A DNA stretch of 64,000 nt from Marsupella aquatica (lineage: Eukaryota > Plantae > Marchantiophyta): contig OZ316893.1 of assembly GCA_973895155.1 (NCBI GenBank), forward strand, positions 1,054,860 to 1,118,859, read 5' to 3'. Under the pieces are notes generated by a model. The model was not told where the DNA came from. It ran no database searches and saw nothing but the letters and a program-made list of their open reading frames with translations. The position numbers and the translations under genes were made by a program. Every line of letters starts with the position of its first letter. Positions within the stretch are counted from its first letter, which is position 1. Positions 24,313 through 36,800 of the stretch are shown here, in pieces.

Positions 24313-25895
24313 TGGCGTTCGTGAGATGTGCCGGTAGGACTGACGATCTCCTCTCTGGCAAACTGAGCGCTACCATGATTGAATAACAATAAGGATTTCA
24401 AAACACCATTTCCAAACTTGGGACAAGACCTGTATCTTGAGATGACACTACAATCATATTCCGATCATCTGACTAGTCCGTCAGATGTATTAGTCCTACA
24501 CACCAACAAGATATACGACGTGCAACTACTACAGATAAATAAATTCACAACAAAATGAGGCACACCCCGAGCAACCTGCTCTGCAGGTCACCATGCTAAT
24601 TATTTAGGTTCATTTGAAATAGACATAATATGAGGTTCGGCTTCGGAAAGTTTGCAGCTCCTCCTCTCAAAGGACTTCATAATAGTCCCGTACATAACAT
24701 GGTCCCGCCCATATCTCTATCTTAAGAGTATCTTCTCACATAACCAAACAAAGATGACCGGTATACCACAACTACTGATCGTCGACCAGCTACCTAGAAT
24801 AGCTCAGAAAGGGATAAACATATAAGCACCTGATAGCTACACGAGGAGTATTCCAACCGCTGAATGGCTTCCACCTACTCTGATGAAAACATTCCGAATT
24901 AAAGACCAGCACCAGAAGAGGGTGACAAGCTAGAAAACCACCTCCCTTTCTAGAAAAAACCATTCAGCTTAGTCCTGTAAAAGCCACTGTTGTTCCACGA
25001 CTCCTAGACTGGAGCCTTGCTTGATCGGATCTTGCATGGTCTGAAAATTTGAACTTTGACGATCGTGACCATATCACTCGAACAAGAAGCAGAGCATACC
25101 ACGCTTCCTCCTTCAGAAGCCTTCCATGTTCTCTCTAGTCCTGCAACTCTGCCCAAATTCTTGTCTATATAGGCAGGAGACGAACCAAGCTCATTAATTG
25201 TGGGCGAAACTCATCCAACAATAGGTGATCAGTTAACAGGGTTAGAGGATCACCAGTTTCATTCCTGCGCCCCGAAAGCACATTCAGTAATCAGTGGATT
25301 CGATTCAGAGAAGCACCCCCTCAAATCTATGTTTTGTTCCGCATGCTACGTCAAGGTAAGGGAAGTCTTCACCACATTTGGCCCAAGCAGGATAGCGAAT
25401 GTAGATCTCCTTCCGGTAGGCCGCCTAATAGGCATCACTGCTGAGGGAGTCTGCAAATCGTAGGATGTTACTTTCAAGCACAAGAAAGAGCTCCTTCAGA
25501 ACTTTCTCATGGCTCGATAGTGCTCGCACATCGTCATGTGCAATTCTAGGATTTACATCAGACTGAGAAGTTCACCTGAGTACAAGTAAGATATAGTCAA
25601 TTTAGTTAAGAGACAACTTTTGTTATTTGTATTCTCTATAAACCGCAATCTTCAGAACACAATACATGCAGTTCTCCAACCGAAAGCGTCGATGATTCAT
25701 CTTGAAATCACATACACAAACATCTTTTACAATATCTATCAAGGAATCGTAATGTAAGACATCGCTTTACACAGCCTTAGTTTTTCAGCAGGTGCACCTC
25801 TTGTGAAATCTAGTGGAAACACTCGAATGAATTTTAACGAACCTTCAAAGAACGTGATGTTAAAGTAATAACATACCAGATGAGACAGTTTTTGT

Positions 25896-28800
25896 TTACG
25901 ATACGAATGGATCCCGAGATTGATACTGTCCATACCACAACTGCTGCTGCTGTTTATGCTGCTGCTGCTGCTGTTGCTGTTGCTGTTGCTGTTGTTGCTG
26001 CAACAGGAGGAGTTGCTGTTGTTGAATCTGATACTGTTGCTGAGCGTCATACTGTTGGGCGCTAAGCTCATTGTTGTTGTTGATCCAGTGGGCAGGTGGC
26101 TGTTCCACTCCATAGGCAACCCTTGGACTGTCATACTTTTGCTTTGGCTGCAAAAGTTGTTGCAAAAGTTGAGCATTATAATGCTGCCTCTGATTGTCCA
26201 GCTGTTCCTGTTCTGAAACTCCCATTCCTGGAAACGGGTAGGTCGTTGGTGTTTTGGAGAGAGGGACCGGTTCACCCACACCTCCGTTGGACCAAATTCC
26301 ATAGTCTGAACTGTAGAGTGATGAACCCTGTCCTTGGTAATACCCAATTTGGCCAATATTCCCTTTCTGAGAATAATCATCTAGCCAGCCATAGTCATCG
26401 ACAACTTGGTGATGTTCTTCAATTGCATTGCGCCGCGGACTTTTTTCGGGCTGTGAGGAACTCTGCTGGGTAGTTGCCGCAACACTGCTTGATGCCGTTT
26501 TCGTGGGAAGTGGACCAAAACCAGGAGGAGGTCTCATTCCTGAAGCTCTTGCAGCAGGAACAACAGAGTCCTTGGTGGTAACACTAGTACTGGTTAAAGG
26601 AAAGGCTGCTGGTCCATTGTTCGAGCTATTCTGCTTGCTGACGAATGGCAGTGACTTCTCAGGCTGTGTCTCGACAGAAGAGCTCGGCTTTCCAGCAAGT
26701 GCATAACCAGAAGGGTTCTGCACATAAGAACGTCCAACAGCACCATTATGGACATTACTCCTATGTTTCTCTCCACTATAAAGCGTTCCATTTGCAGTTG
26801 GAGGAGCTGGAATTGCTGTTTGGGACGTCCCACTTGTCTCTTTCACGGAAGCCTGTATCAAACTATCTAAAGACATGTTAGAATGCGGCAAAGCTCCACC
26901 CAATGGTCCGTTATGTCGGAGATTGTAGTCTGGCTTTCCCAGAGTCAAATTAGACAAACCAGCCACAGTAGTTAGAGAGTCCAAGCTAGTGCTCCACAAT
27001 GAATTGCTTGTAACAACTTGCTTTGGTTGTCCAATGACTCCGGTGATTGGAGACTTCTCAGAACCATTGCCAAAAAGATTTGCGACAGAGTGTACATCCC
27101 ACGGTAGCGTTGCTGAAGGGAAGCCAGCTGTTGATCTACCCACGTGATTCAGCCAATCTGCTGCTGAGCTGGGAGCGTATCCATAAGTGCTCTTTCCACC
27201 TCCAACTTCCTCATCTTTCATAAGGGCATGAGAACCAGATAAACTAGGTATTAAACTGGGTAAAGACCCTGCAGCTTCAGAGTGATTGTTGACGAAAGCC
27301 GGTGACTTAGCTCCTTGGGATGACAACATGAGACCATTGGCTTTAGCAGGGGCCGCTGGCAAATCCGTGGCAAACTGCTTCACATCAGGGGCACCTAGAG
27401 ATCGCTCGATGTCTACATGACTAGCTGGTGAAGCTTTCCTAGCAGTGTCCTGAACTCGATGATCTCCAAAGTTTGGCACTAAGCTGGGATCCATTGATGT
27501 TGTTGGCACACCAACCAAGTCCTTCCAGACGAACTCTGGGGCAGAGGTTAGGACTTGACTATCCTTTACCATAGGCTTGAAGACAATAACTTCCTCATCT
27601 TCCTCTTCTCTCCTTTGAAGGGCACCATTAGATGGAAGAAGGGAACTATTGGTTCCATCAGAATCCTTCAGCCAGGCTGCAGCAGTAAGCCCCTCTGGTT
27701 CATCTACAATCGCATCAGGTAGGACATTTATATCATCCAATACAGTGCTCTCATCTCTGTCGTCAACCGTTTTCTGTGGTTTGTCGCAAGCAATGAAAAA
27801 TCGATTCCCGTCGTCGTCGTACACGATACCTTTCTCTGTGCCTTCCAGAGCATTTGCAATCGCTTTTCCCGCTGCCAACAGGCGCTGCATACGCACATCC
27901 CGCTCTTTCTTGTCCCCCAACCCAGTCCGAGGAGCCCGCTTTGAGTAATCTAAAGTGAGTTGTGCCGGAACTAGAGAAACAAAGCCTCGAAGCTCATAAT
28001 CCTCCCACAATGCGACGCCACCCAGGCTGTCTTCATCTCCAAAAGCACTTAGAGATTGAAGAGCTCCCTCCAAACCACCGTCAGCGGACACTGTGTCTAC
28101 AGCTTCGGTGCAACAATTCAGGAGAGTGACACTCTGCCTCCAAAAAAAGGCCCGTGCATTCGCCTGCTTCTCATCAACATCACTGCCTGCTGCCATTTCT
28201 GGCCTGCAGGCCAACCATTCCAAGAAAACCAACATTGCAGGGAGTAGCGGACTTTTGGAGATGTCCTTGGAATCTGCACATCTCCGCATGAGCCGTCCAG
28301 CACACTCAAACGCAGCAGTGAAAGCATGTTGGAAAAGTGCAGAACGCTGCAGGATCTCCGCATAAGTTGGGTGATGAGAATCCGGGCCCCAGTTTATATT
28401 GTGCACTGTAAAGATGAGTATGGAGACGAGCTGTAGAAACCCAGCAGCCCCACTGCTGCCCGTACCAATGCCACTACGATGGTCTGAACCTAACCCTGCT
28501 TCCAAGCTTGCATCATCTGGGGACAATAGTGTCTCTAGTTCGCACACGGTTGCCGAATATACTTCGGCGAATGTCTCCAGACTACAAAAAGCATAACAAG
28601 TATTTACATACGGGTCCGTAAGTATTCATCAAAAACTTAAAACATACAGCGTACCCATCTATCTAATCTACCTAGTCAGGGATGATGAATCAATCAGAAG
28701 GACAAAAATAAGAGTATTTGAAATATCGCACTCCAACCCAAAGTCGAAATTCGAGTTGATGAAAAACGACAAGCCTGCATATCATTGAGCAGGTCCAAAG

Positions 28801-31348
28801 GCTAAAGACATCGCCCAAACGCCCAGGCCATGCGTGTGTTTAACGAGAGACCATGGCATCTCCTCTAATCACATACTACAGCTGGATTGAAGACTCACAT
28901 CCTAAATCACTCTCCATTAGCTAGCTTCCGTCCCAATATCAAACGGACTCATGCATAAGGGGAAAAAAATGTCTGATCAAATCACCGACCTCTACTTACC
29001 TTGTTTTTGTAAACAAGATCCCATTCAGTCGTACGAACCGGATACGGAAGCTCTTTCGTATTTCCCCGATATCCGCACCTTCAAGGTTACGATCTTTCAC
29101 CGCCAACTTCAAAGCTCCATCTCCAACAGGTAGAATGCGGTCTCCCCTCACAGGTTTACCTTTATCAGAAGCTTTCCCAGAATCCAGTTTCGAAGCTGAG
29201 ACCGTATTCTCGTGTAGCGGGAGTTGGGCATTATGATTGCGATTCTGCAGAAACCCACTAGCACTGTCAGCTAACTATGCGTTTGTGGTCAAGCCTGTGG
29301 TGTCGTGAGCTCAAAAAAAACATTTAGTGATGAAGATATGGTTTCAGAATAACGAAGAGCTTCCTAAAAGAGCATGAAGTAAACCACCGACCACGTTTCC
29401 TGCAGAGTAAAGAAGGCTAGTGACGATTATTCAGACAGTTCCCTAATGATATGAAAACTTTCAGAAAGGATTCTTAAGATGAGGGAGGACCTTCATAGCA
29501 GATAAGCAAAGAGCAGGTACCACAAGCTCCCAAACTAAGGAGAAAATCCAGATGTAGTAATAGGAGAACAGATTTTCCACTGAAACATACCTTTTCAAAA
29601 AGTATTATTAGGTTGTCTCTTGCAGTGAGAAATGGACTCTCTACAGCAAGACTACGAAAGTAGCGGTACACTGCAAGCAATTCATCACCCACGTATGTTG
29701 CCAGCACAGCCAACTGCAAACGGCCACCATGACAACATCAGCTCTATATACCGCAGGTCGCCTAAGAAGCAATATAGAACAAAAGGTTGGCAACAATGCC
29801 TCTTAAGGACACTGACAGATGCATTGATCGTCACCCAGACTTTCAGCACAATCGAAGGTTACCTGATTATGTGGATTGCCACTGGATGGCCACAAGGAGA
29901 TAGCCTGCTGATAGTATCCTGCAGCGACTGACCAATCTCGGCTGCGGACATCGGCATCTCCATGAGACTCCTTGTATCTTGCCAGATCACCCAGAAAAAT
30001 CAAACACCGATGGCAAGACAGATCACAACTCTTCAACTCTACTGCTCGCTTGTCATCCCTGGCAAGACCACTGGACTCCGCTTCAAATGGGGAATAATCT
30101 TGGGGCAATCCGTGCTTTGCCCTAAGTTTCAATATTAAGTTATGGTAAAATCCGGTAGCTTCAGAGAGGAAGCTTTTGAACACGGACAGGATTTTCTGAG
30201 AGGTATCTCTCCGTGCCGGTGGAAGTCTTGCTCCGGGCATTGGTATGGCAGGGGCAGAAGCTGCTGCAGCCGCAGCGGCTGTGCTTTTCCGCAAGCGGGC
30301 CCTAAATTCCTCGATACACTTGTAGTGTAACCGCCAAATTGCTTGCTCCACCTCATGAGATTCGGCAAACTCATGGTCTTCAAGGATAACTGCCTCATAG
30401 CTCTCGCAGATTCGATTCCGAAGGGCCCTTACACTGGGGTCAAATGGTGCCTTTGATTGGAGCAAAGCCCGTAATTGTTTCTCTAGCTCCAAGGCCTGCA
30501 GATGTACCAGTTATCTGCTTGTCAGACATGCATGTGTTGCGAAACGGAAATGTAAAAGCATCAAACTGCATGAAACAAACTTGCCACCGGCCAGCTTCAA
30601 ACTGATAGACGCTCTAACGAACATGAAGAAGAAGAAGAAGAAAGCAGGCATTAAACGGTTGAAAGTGAGTGCCGGTGATTGATTTTTAAAGTAAAAAGTG
30701 AGAGTCTGAGTGCACTTTGTAGAACTAAAGAACTGTCACTGCTCGATGGACGACTAAACACCAGAACACCGGCAGAAAATAAGAGAAATACATAATCAAC
30801 AAGATCTCGTGCCTTCCATAGCCAGAGAGGAGACGCTGGTGATAGATCTGTGGATCCAAACAAGTCAACTAGGCAGGGCTCTACTAGTGGGTGCACTGCG
30901 CACACATTTCCGTACGCGCCCAGTTCAAATAAGGAGAGAGCGGCAATTTGGGGAGTATTCAGCCACACCAAATATCTCCGGCGTGACCCCGCGCGTCCAC
31001 AACTTGGTCGTAAAGCAACGCAATCATTTCGTGTATGTGATCTAACCATTGCAAACAGAACAGGCGAGATATGGACCTTCGCAATCAAGTGTGTTATCTG
31101 TCGGGCGAGGGAGCGCGAGGCACGTCACCGGCCAAGATATTGAGGGAGAGAAATCGGCAGTAGCCATAGCCCGCAGGGCGTGCGTTAAGAAAACGCAGAA
31201 AGGAAAGGATAGAGAGGGACAGGGAAGTGAAACGAGTAAAGTTGAAGGGAGAAGGGAGAAGGCCCAAAAGACCTACCTGATTGTAGCGCTGCTGGGCCAG
31301 GGCTCGAGGAGTTGGAACAGCAGAGGTGGGGTTAGTTGGCATGGTCAT
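25896..31348 (-). CDS. SMG7: SMG7 nonsense-mediated decay factor, ~1252 aa. Exons 31348-31277, 30495-29863, 29713-29591, 29244-29000, 28581-25896
   Basis: EST1/14-3-3-like motifs YEAVILEDHEFAESHEVEQAIWRLHY, CHRCLIFLGDLARYK, WPSSGNPHNQLAVLATY, YRYFRSLAVESPF.TARDNLIILFEK and ALWEDYELRGF. The tail has RPPPGFGP, VDDYGWLD and polyQ, with no PIN domain. All introns are GT-AG and in frame. Confidence 0.95.
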
Positions 31349-31759
31349 CCTCCATCGCTCATTTACCTCGCTTCGTTGGTGTTCATTATCTGCGTCTCCT
31401 CTTCCCGTTCCTCCCTGCTTTCCTTCTTCTAGCCCTATAATCTGGACGCCTGCTGCACCACTCTCTTCTGTGCCCTTGTTAACCGCACCTCCGTCGTCCG
31501 ATCCCGCTCCAATCTGCTTCTTCTGTCTTCCCACACCACTTCGCTCGTTCGCCTCCTCTCCCAGCATCCGCTAATGTCCCTCTCTCTTCTCCCTCTCTCT
31601 GGTGGATACCCTAGCGTCCCCGGCGACGTGAAAATCTGGCCGGCTGTTCCTGCGATCAGTTGCTCGCTCCGTCGAACACTCGTTCAGTCGGTCGGTCCGT
31701 CAGTCCGACGGTCTCTTCAGCCCTGCTCTCCTGCTACCCTCCCCTCCGCTCCCAACTCG

Positions 31760-32040
31760 CAAAACACCTAATAAGCGTACTAGTTCCGACTCAAAAGTCC
31801 CGTTTCTTTCTTCGCCTTGGCCACTTTCCCAACCATTCAATTGCCCCACAGCACCACTCGTCGTAAGGGGCCAGACACCCACTCAAGCTCCTCTTCTGCT
31901 CCTGCTGCTGCTGCTGCTACTGCTACTGCTGCTGCCCTCCCGTGCCAAACCCGCAAAAACACCTAATGAGCGTAGATTCGATCCACCACTCCCGCTTCCT
32001 TCTTCGCCGTGGCCACTTTCCCCACCATTCAATTGCCGCA
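31760..32040. repeat. ~100-bp duplication separated by a (CTG)n tract, SMG7 5' region
   Basis: AAAACACCTAAT.AGCGTA...CTTCGCC.TGGCCACTTTCCC.ACCATTCAATTGCC occurs at ~31761 and ~31957. CTG/CTA triplets run 31902-31934. Confidence 0.8.
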
Positions 32041-32380
32041 AGAGAGTGCACTATCGTGCAATCCTTCCTTCGCTGCTGCAGCTCCTGCTCTTCTGCGTCT
32101 TTCAACCTCTTCTTTCTTCCTGATTCCTGCTCTCTGCTTCCTGCTTCCACAAAGGCTGCCGCAGTGCCAGCACCACCCTCTCGCTACAGTCCCACCTCCA
32201 CTCTCGTGTGATCGCTACTCCCCACCTGCCTCCTCGCCTTTTGCACTTCGGCTCGACTCCGCTCGGAGCAGAGCGATCGACGACCTGACCGATCTGAACC
32301 CACGACGGAAACTACAAAAAGCTGGGATCACTCGACGAATACACGGTGAGTACTGTAGTAGGAGGAAGAGCCCCAAGACG

Positions 32381-32435
32381 AAGAGAAGAGAAGAGAAGAG
32401 GAGGAGAGGAGAGGAGAGGAGAGGAGAGGAGGAGG
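32381..32435. repeat. (GAAGA/GAGGA)n purine microsatellite
   Basis: Read directly from the sequence. Confidence 0.9.
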
Positions 32436-32489
32436 GGCGTATAGAGGAATGAAATGGGCATGGGCGAAGGAAGGTGGGTGTATGGAAGT

Positions 32490-33840
32490 GCTCGTGCTTG
32501 TTTCTTTTTTCGGGTGCGCTGCTCGCCTGCTTGGTGCTGCATGCGCCAGATGTTGGCAAAGGAAGAAGCCCCCTGCTTGACCTGTTTTGCTAAAATCGCC
32601 CCGGTAGCCCTTGAGCGCAAGGGTTTTTATATGTTTTGGTTTCTCAAACCCACACCTGCCGCTCTTATTAGTTAATTTAAGAAAGGACCCCTTGCTTCTT
32701 AACTGTGATATTTATGGGAAGGTCTCGTGGTTGTTTCTTTTTTTGGGTGCACCAGGTGTTGGCAAGTCCCCTCCTTGACCTGTTTGGCTAATCGCCCCGG
32801 TAGCCCTTTGAGCGCAAGGGTTTTTTAAGTTTTTGGTTTTTTAAACCCACACCTGCCGCTATTTTTAGTTAAGAAAGGACCCCTTGCTTCTTTATTGTGA
32901 TATTTGTATTTATGGGAAGGTCTCGTGCCCGAGTCTCGTGGTTGTTTCTTTTTTTGGGTGCACCAGGTGTTGGCAAGGAAGAAGCCCTCCTTGACCTGTT
33001 TTGCTAATCGCCCCAGTTGCCCAGTAGCCTTTGAGCGCAAGGGTTTTTTGGTTTCCTGGTTTTTAAAACCCACACCTGCCACTATTATTAGGAAAGGACG
33101 CCTAGCTTCTCAAATTGTGGAAGGTCTCGTGCCCGAGTCTTGTGCTTGTTTTTTTCTTGGGTGCGCCAGGTGTTGGCAAGGGATAAGTACTCCTTGAGTT
33201 GTTTTGCTAATCGCCCGGTAGCCTTTGAGCTCAAGGGTTTTTTGTTTTTTTAACCCACACCTGCCATTATTGAGAAAGGACCCGTTTGGTAATTGTGATG
33301 TTTGTGGAGGTGCCCATGCTTGTTTCTTATTTTGGGTGCGCCAGATATTGGCAAGGAAGAAGCCCTCTTTGACTGGTTTTCCTAATTGCCCGGTAGCCTT
33401 TGAGCAAAAGGTATTTTGGGTTTTTTAAACCATACCTGCCCCTATTGAGAAAGGAAGCTTTGGTTCTTAATTTTGATTTTTTGGGACGTTCTCTTGCTTG
33501 TTTCTACTTTTGGGTGGGCTAAATTTTGTAAACTAAGGAAGAAGCCCTTCTTGTGTTGTTTTGCTAGTAGCCGGGTAGGGTAGCCTTTGAGCTTTTTTTG
33601 TTGGTCCAGTAAGAAACAAAGGGTCAATTTGAGCTTCATTTTGTTGTTTTATGGATGTGTTCGTACTTGTTTTGTTTCTGCCCTGTTTTCTAGGTGCGCT
33701 GCTTGTGCTGAGTGTGCCATATGTTGGCAAGGAAGAAGTCCTCGTTGAGTTGTTTTGTTAATTGCCCTATAGACTTTGAGCAAAAGGGGTTTTTTTTTTT
33801 AAAACCACTATTGAAAAAGGACCCTGGTTTCTTAATTTTG
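32490..33840. repeat. Tandem array of ~7 diverged 175-210-bp units
   Basis: The anchor TGTTGGCAAGGAAGAAGCCC recurs at ~32551, 32757, 32968, 33171, 33346, 33525 and 33722. An outlier copy lies at ~34081. Confidence 0.9.
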
Positions 33841-36800
33841 ATGTTTTTTAATATATTTATGTTTGCCCCATACGCCATGTAATTGAACGTAAGCTTGTGA
33901 CCCCATGTGAGTGTCACATCCAAATATTATGCCTTATCACATGATATGCTATGTAGACCCAGGATTGTAGCTTCTTGTGACTCACATCAAAATGTGGTAT
34001 GGTCGGTAGGTGCATGGCTGTGCTTGTGCATGCTGTTTGTGATTTATTTTGCATGCCCGGCTTGGTGGTGGTGCACCAGATGTTTGCAAGGAAGAAGTAC
34101 TTCTTGCAATGTGTTTCTTAAATGCCCTGTGAGATTTTTTGTTTAAGAAAGAGGCAATATTAAATCTCCCAAAACCAGGTCAACAAAGGACCTTGTCAGT
34201 GAATTTTGGTGCTTATGTTTGCCACATATTCTAGAGTAATCTGACCTAAAGCTTGTAGCCCCCTCTGAGTCTCGCATTCAAACATTATTAATGCCCTGTC
34301 TCTTTGAATGGAATTCAATTGGATGTTTCAAGGCAAACATTATTAATGCCATATCACATTATTATGCAGGATGTCACCATGGCACCCTGTGTTTCCCTGG
34401 ATCACCCGGTATTTAACAAACAGACAAAGGAACTGTTGTTTGTCGAGAGCTCTCACTAGCTCAGGAGTAGCCTTCAGTCCTAGAAGCTGATTTTCTTGTT
34501 TGAAGAAAGAGGCAATAGAGCCTCATAGATTGAATCAAGGAGAAAACTCCTCAAGAGGAATGCAACAAGTCCAATGGTGTTTTCACTTGTGTGCCCATGC
34601 CAACGAGGAGTGACCTCAGGTTCACTACATCAGTTAAGGTAACCCCAAGTACAATATGGGGTTAGCATAACAATTAAAATAGTTTGGGGGGCAGGTCACT
34701 AATATCCCTCAGTTATAGGGACAGGTTCGTAGAAAATGGCATTTAAAAATTCTCTTATGAATACATATAGGGAGTCAAAGTAGGGTGATAGAATCACATT
34801 GTTCTCACCTATCCAACGGTGGCTAGGGTTATTCTCTACTGGAACCCACGTAGCAAGTCAAGTGCAATGTGTCTATCCTAGCCATAGTCTATAAAATTGA
34901 TAGGTAGGATAAATAGATACACGTTCTTTGGGCTTTTTGGCCCTTCTGTCTGTGCTGAAGGTTCTGTGCTGAAGGTTTTTTTGTTCCCCTTGTTTGCCCC
35001 CCTTAACTGGGTCTCATAACTTGAGTTATGGAATATATCACAAATCCATAACTTTCACTAATGACCCTATTGTTGTTGAATGATGCGGAAAGTGTAGAAA
35101 GAAAACTTTGTGCAGAAAGGATAATTTGTGTTATCAAATGAAATGAAAGATGGTTGATGACTGTGTAAGATTGTCAATGGAAGCAAGGGATGGAAGGCAC
35201 AATTGTGCAGGGTAAATATGGGCAAAAGTTGGTGCAAGAGCCAGAGCAAGAGCCAGAGCAACATGCAGACCAGTCAAGAAATTTTTTACAAACCCCCTTT
35301 TTAGTTCCCTCCTCTCTATACCTTCTCTCCACCCCCTCTTTTTCTTCTTTCCCAGGCATGGGGCAAGAAAATTCAAAACAGCAACAAAGAATTTTAAAAT
35401 AAGGGTCCATCATGTCCATCCCTTCTTTTCCTCTCTCTCCCCGCTCTCCCATCTTACCTGTCACATTTCCTGTCCCTTTGCTCCCCTCTCCTCCCCATTG
35501 AATAACAAAAATCAAAATGATGAAAACCTTCCCAACACCTCCCCACCAAACAAAGCAAAAAACAAAACTCCCCCTATCCAAATTAAAAACATATTGACAG
35601 TTCTTCCTGCCCTCACACATGATACAGTATTGGCTCCCACACACCTAGACACCTAGTACTTGGATGTGCCATGGGATATATTTGTACCATACCATACCAC
35701 ACCATACCACCTGTACATCACCCCCTCTTCCATTTTCTCCTCTCTCTCCCTCCCCCCAAACTGCCAATTTTCCTACTTCCCCTCCCCTCCACTTGCAAGT
35801 TTTACTCTCTCCCAAGGTCCTCCCCTTCCTTGCCCAATTTCCTCCCCTCTCTCTCCATGAGCGAGACGGTTTGTGTTCCAGGGCCTGGAATAGATCTTGA
35901 CAACGGCCACGGCAGTGACTATCTTCCTTCCCCACAAGCTCCAGAACGCAAGATTGAAATATCTGGGAAAATGAGTAAAAACCTCCCATATTTACCCTTA
36001 TTATGTCGAGCATAAGTGAGGTGGCCAGGCAGTCGGGCACCATAGGGAGTTGGGGAGTTAGACTAGCAACTGGATTTGGAGAAGCGGCTAGATGCAGGGA
36101 GAGTGAGGTGCACAGTGGTGGCTTATTCCCATGATTCCACTGTTGGGAAATAATGTCACCATAATTGAATGACCAGGCCAGGGAGGACTCCTGCTGGACA
36201 TGACATTTTGTAAACAGACCTTGGGAAAGCTGAATACATGTTATATAGTATTTAGATAATAATATGGACTAATGCACTTTTAAAAAGACTAAAATGACAT
36301 GAGCATATCTGGAAAAAGATAGAACTAATAGCCTTTTAGAACATGACCTGTTGTCAGTTTTGGACAATTATTTGTCATGTGTCAAGCATGACTGCAAACT
36401 AAAATGACATGAGCGGGTTGTGTTGAATGTATGGGTTTGTTGCTAAAAATCACCCAAACATGGTTTACTGCTGGGTTATCTCCTAAAATCAGCAGAGCAA
36501 GTGTTGGCGAGCATGTGTCCATTTCTAAACTTGGTTGTTCATTCATTGCTAGTTTGAGCCACTAGTGTCTAAAATAACACTTACAGTTACTTTAACCAAT
36601 TGGATGCTAAGTTATTTAACTGGTGAGTAGAGGTTGTTCTGATGTCAATCATGGATCAATCTAGACAGTCTTTTATTCCCCAGCTTATTCTTTGTATAGA
36701 ACATTCTAATTATATTCTATGTGGGATTCTATGACACGAGGGAAACATTTTGTATGATCACAATCTTACTTATAAAGAGTCAACTACAAGGTAGAGTTGG

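Noticed and set aside
25739-26380. 213-aa alternative-frame ORF and antisense poly-Leu/Ala ORFs
   Set aside because: These are shadows of the SMG7 CAG/CAA tract.
32490-33840. CRISPR-like array
   Set aside because: Whole units are homologous with no unique spacers. No cas genes are present and the context is eukaryotic.
35050-36300. ORFs of 114-156 aa in purine/pyrimidine-skewed DNA
   Set aside because: Low-complexity sequence with no domain; likely a TE remnant.
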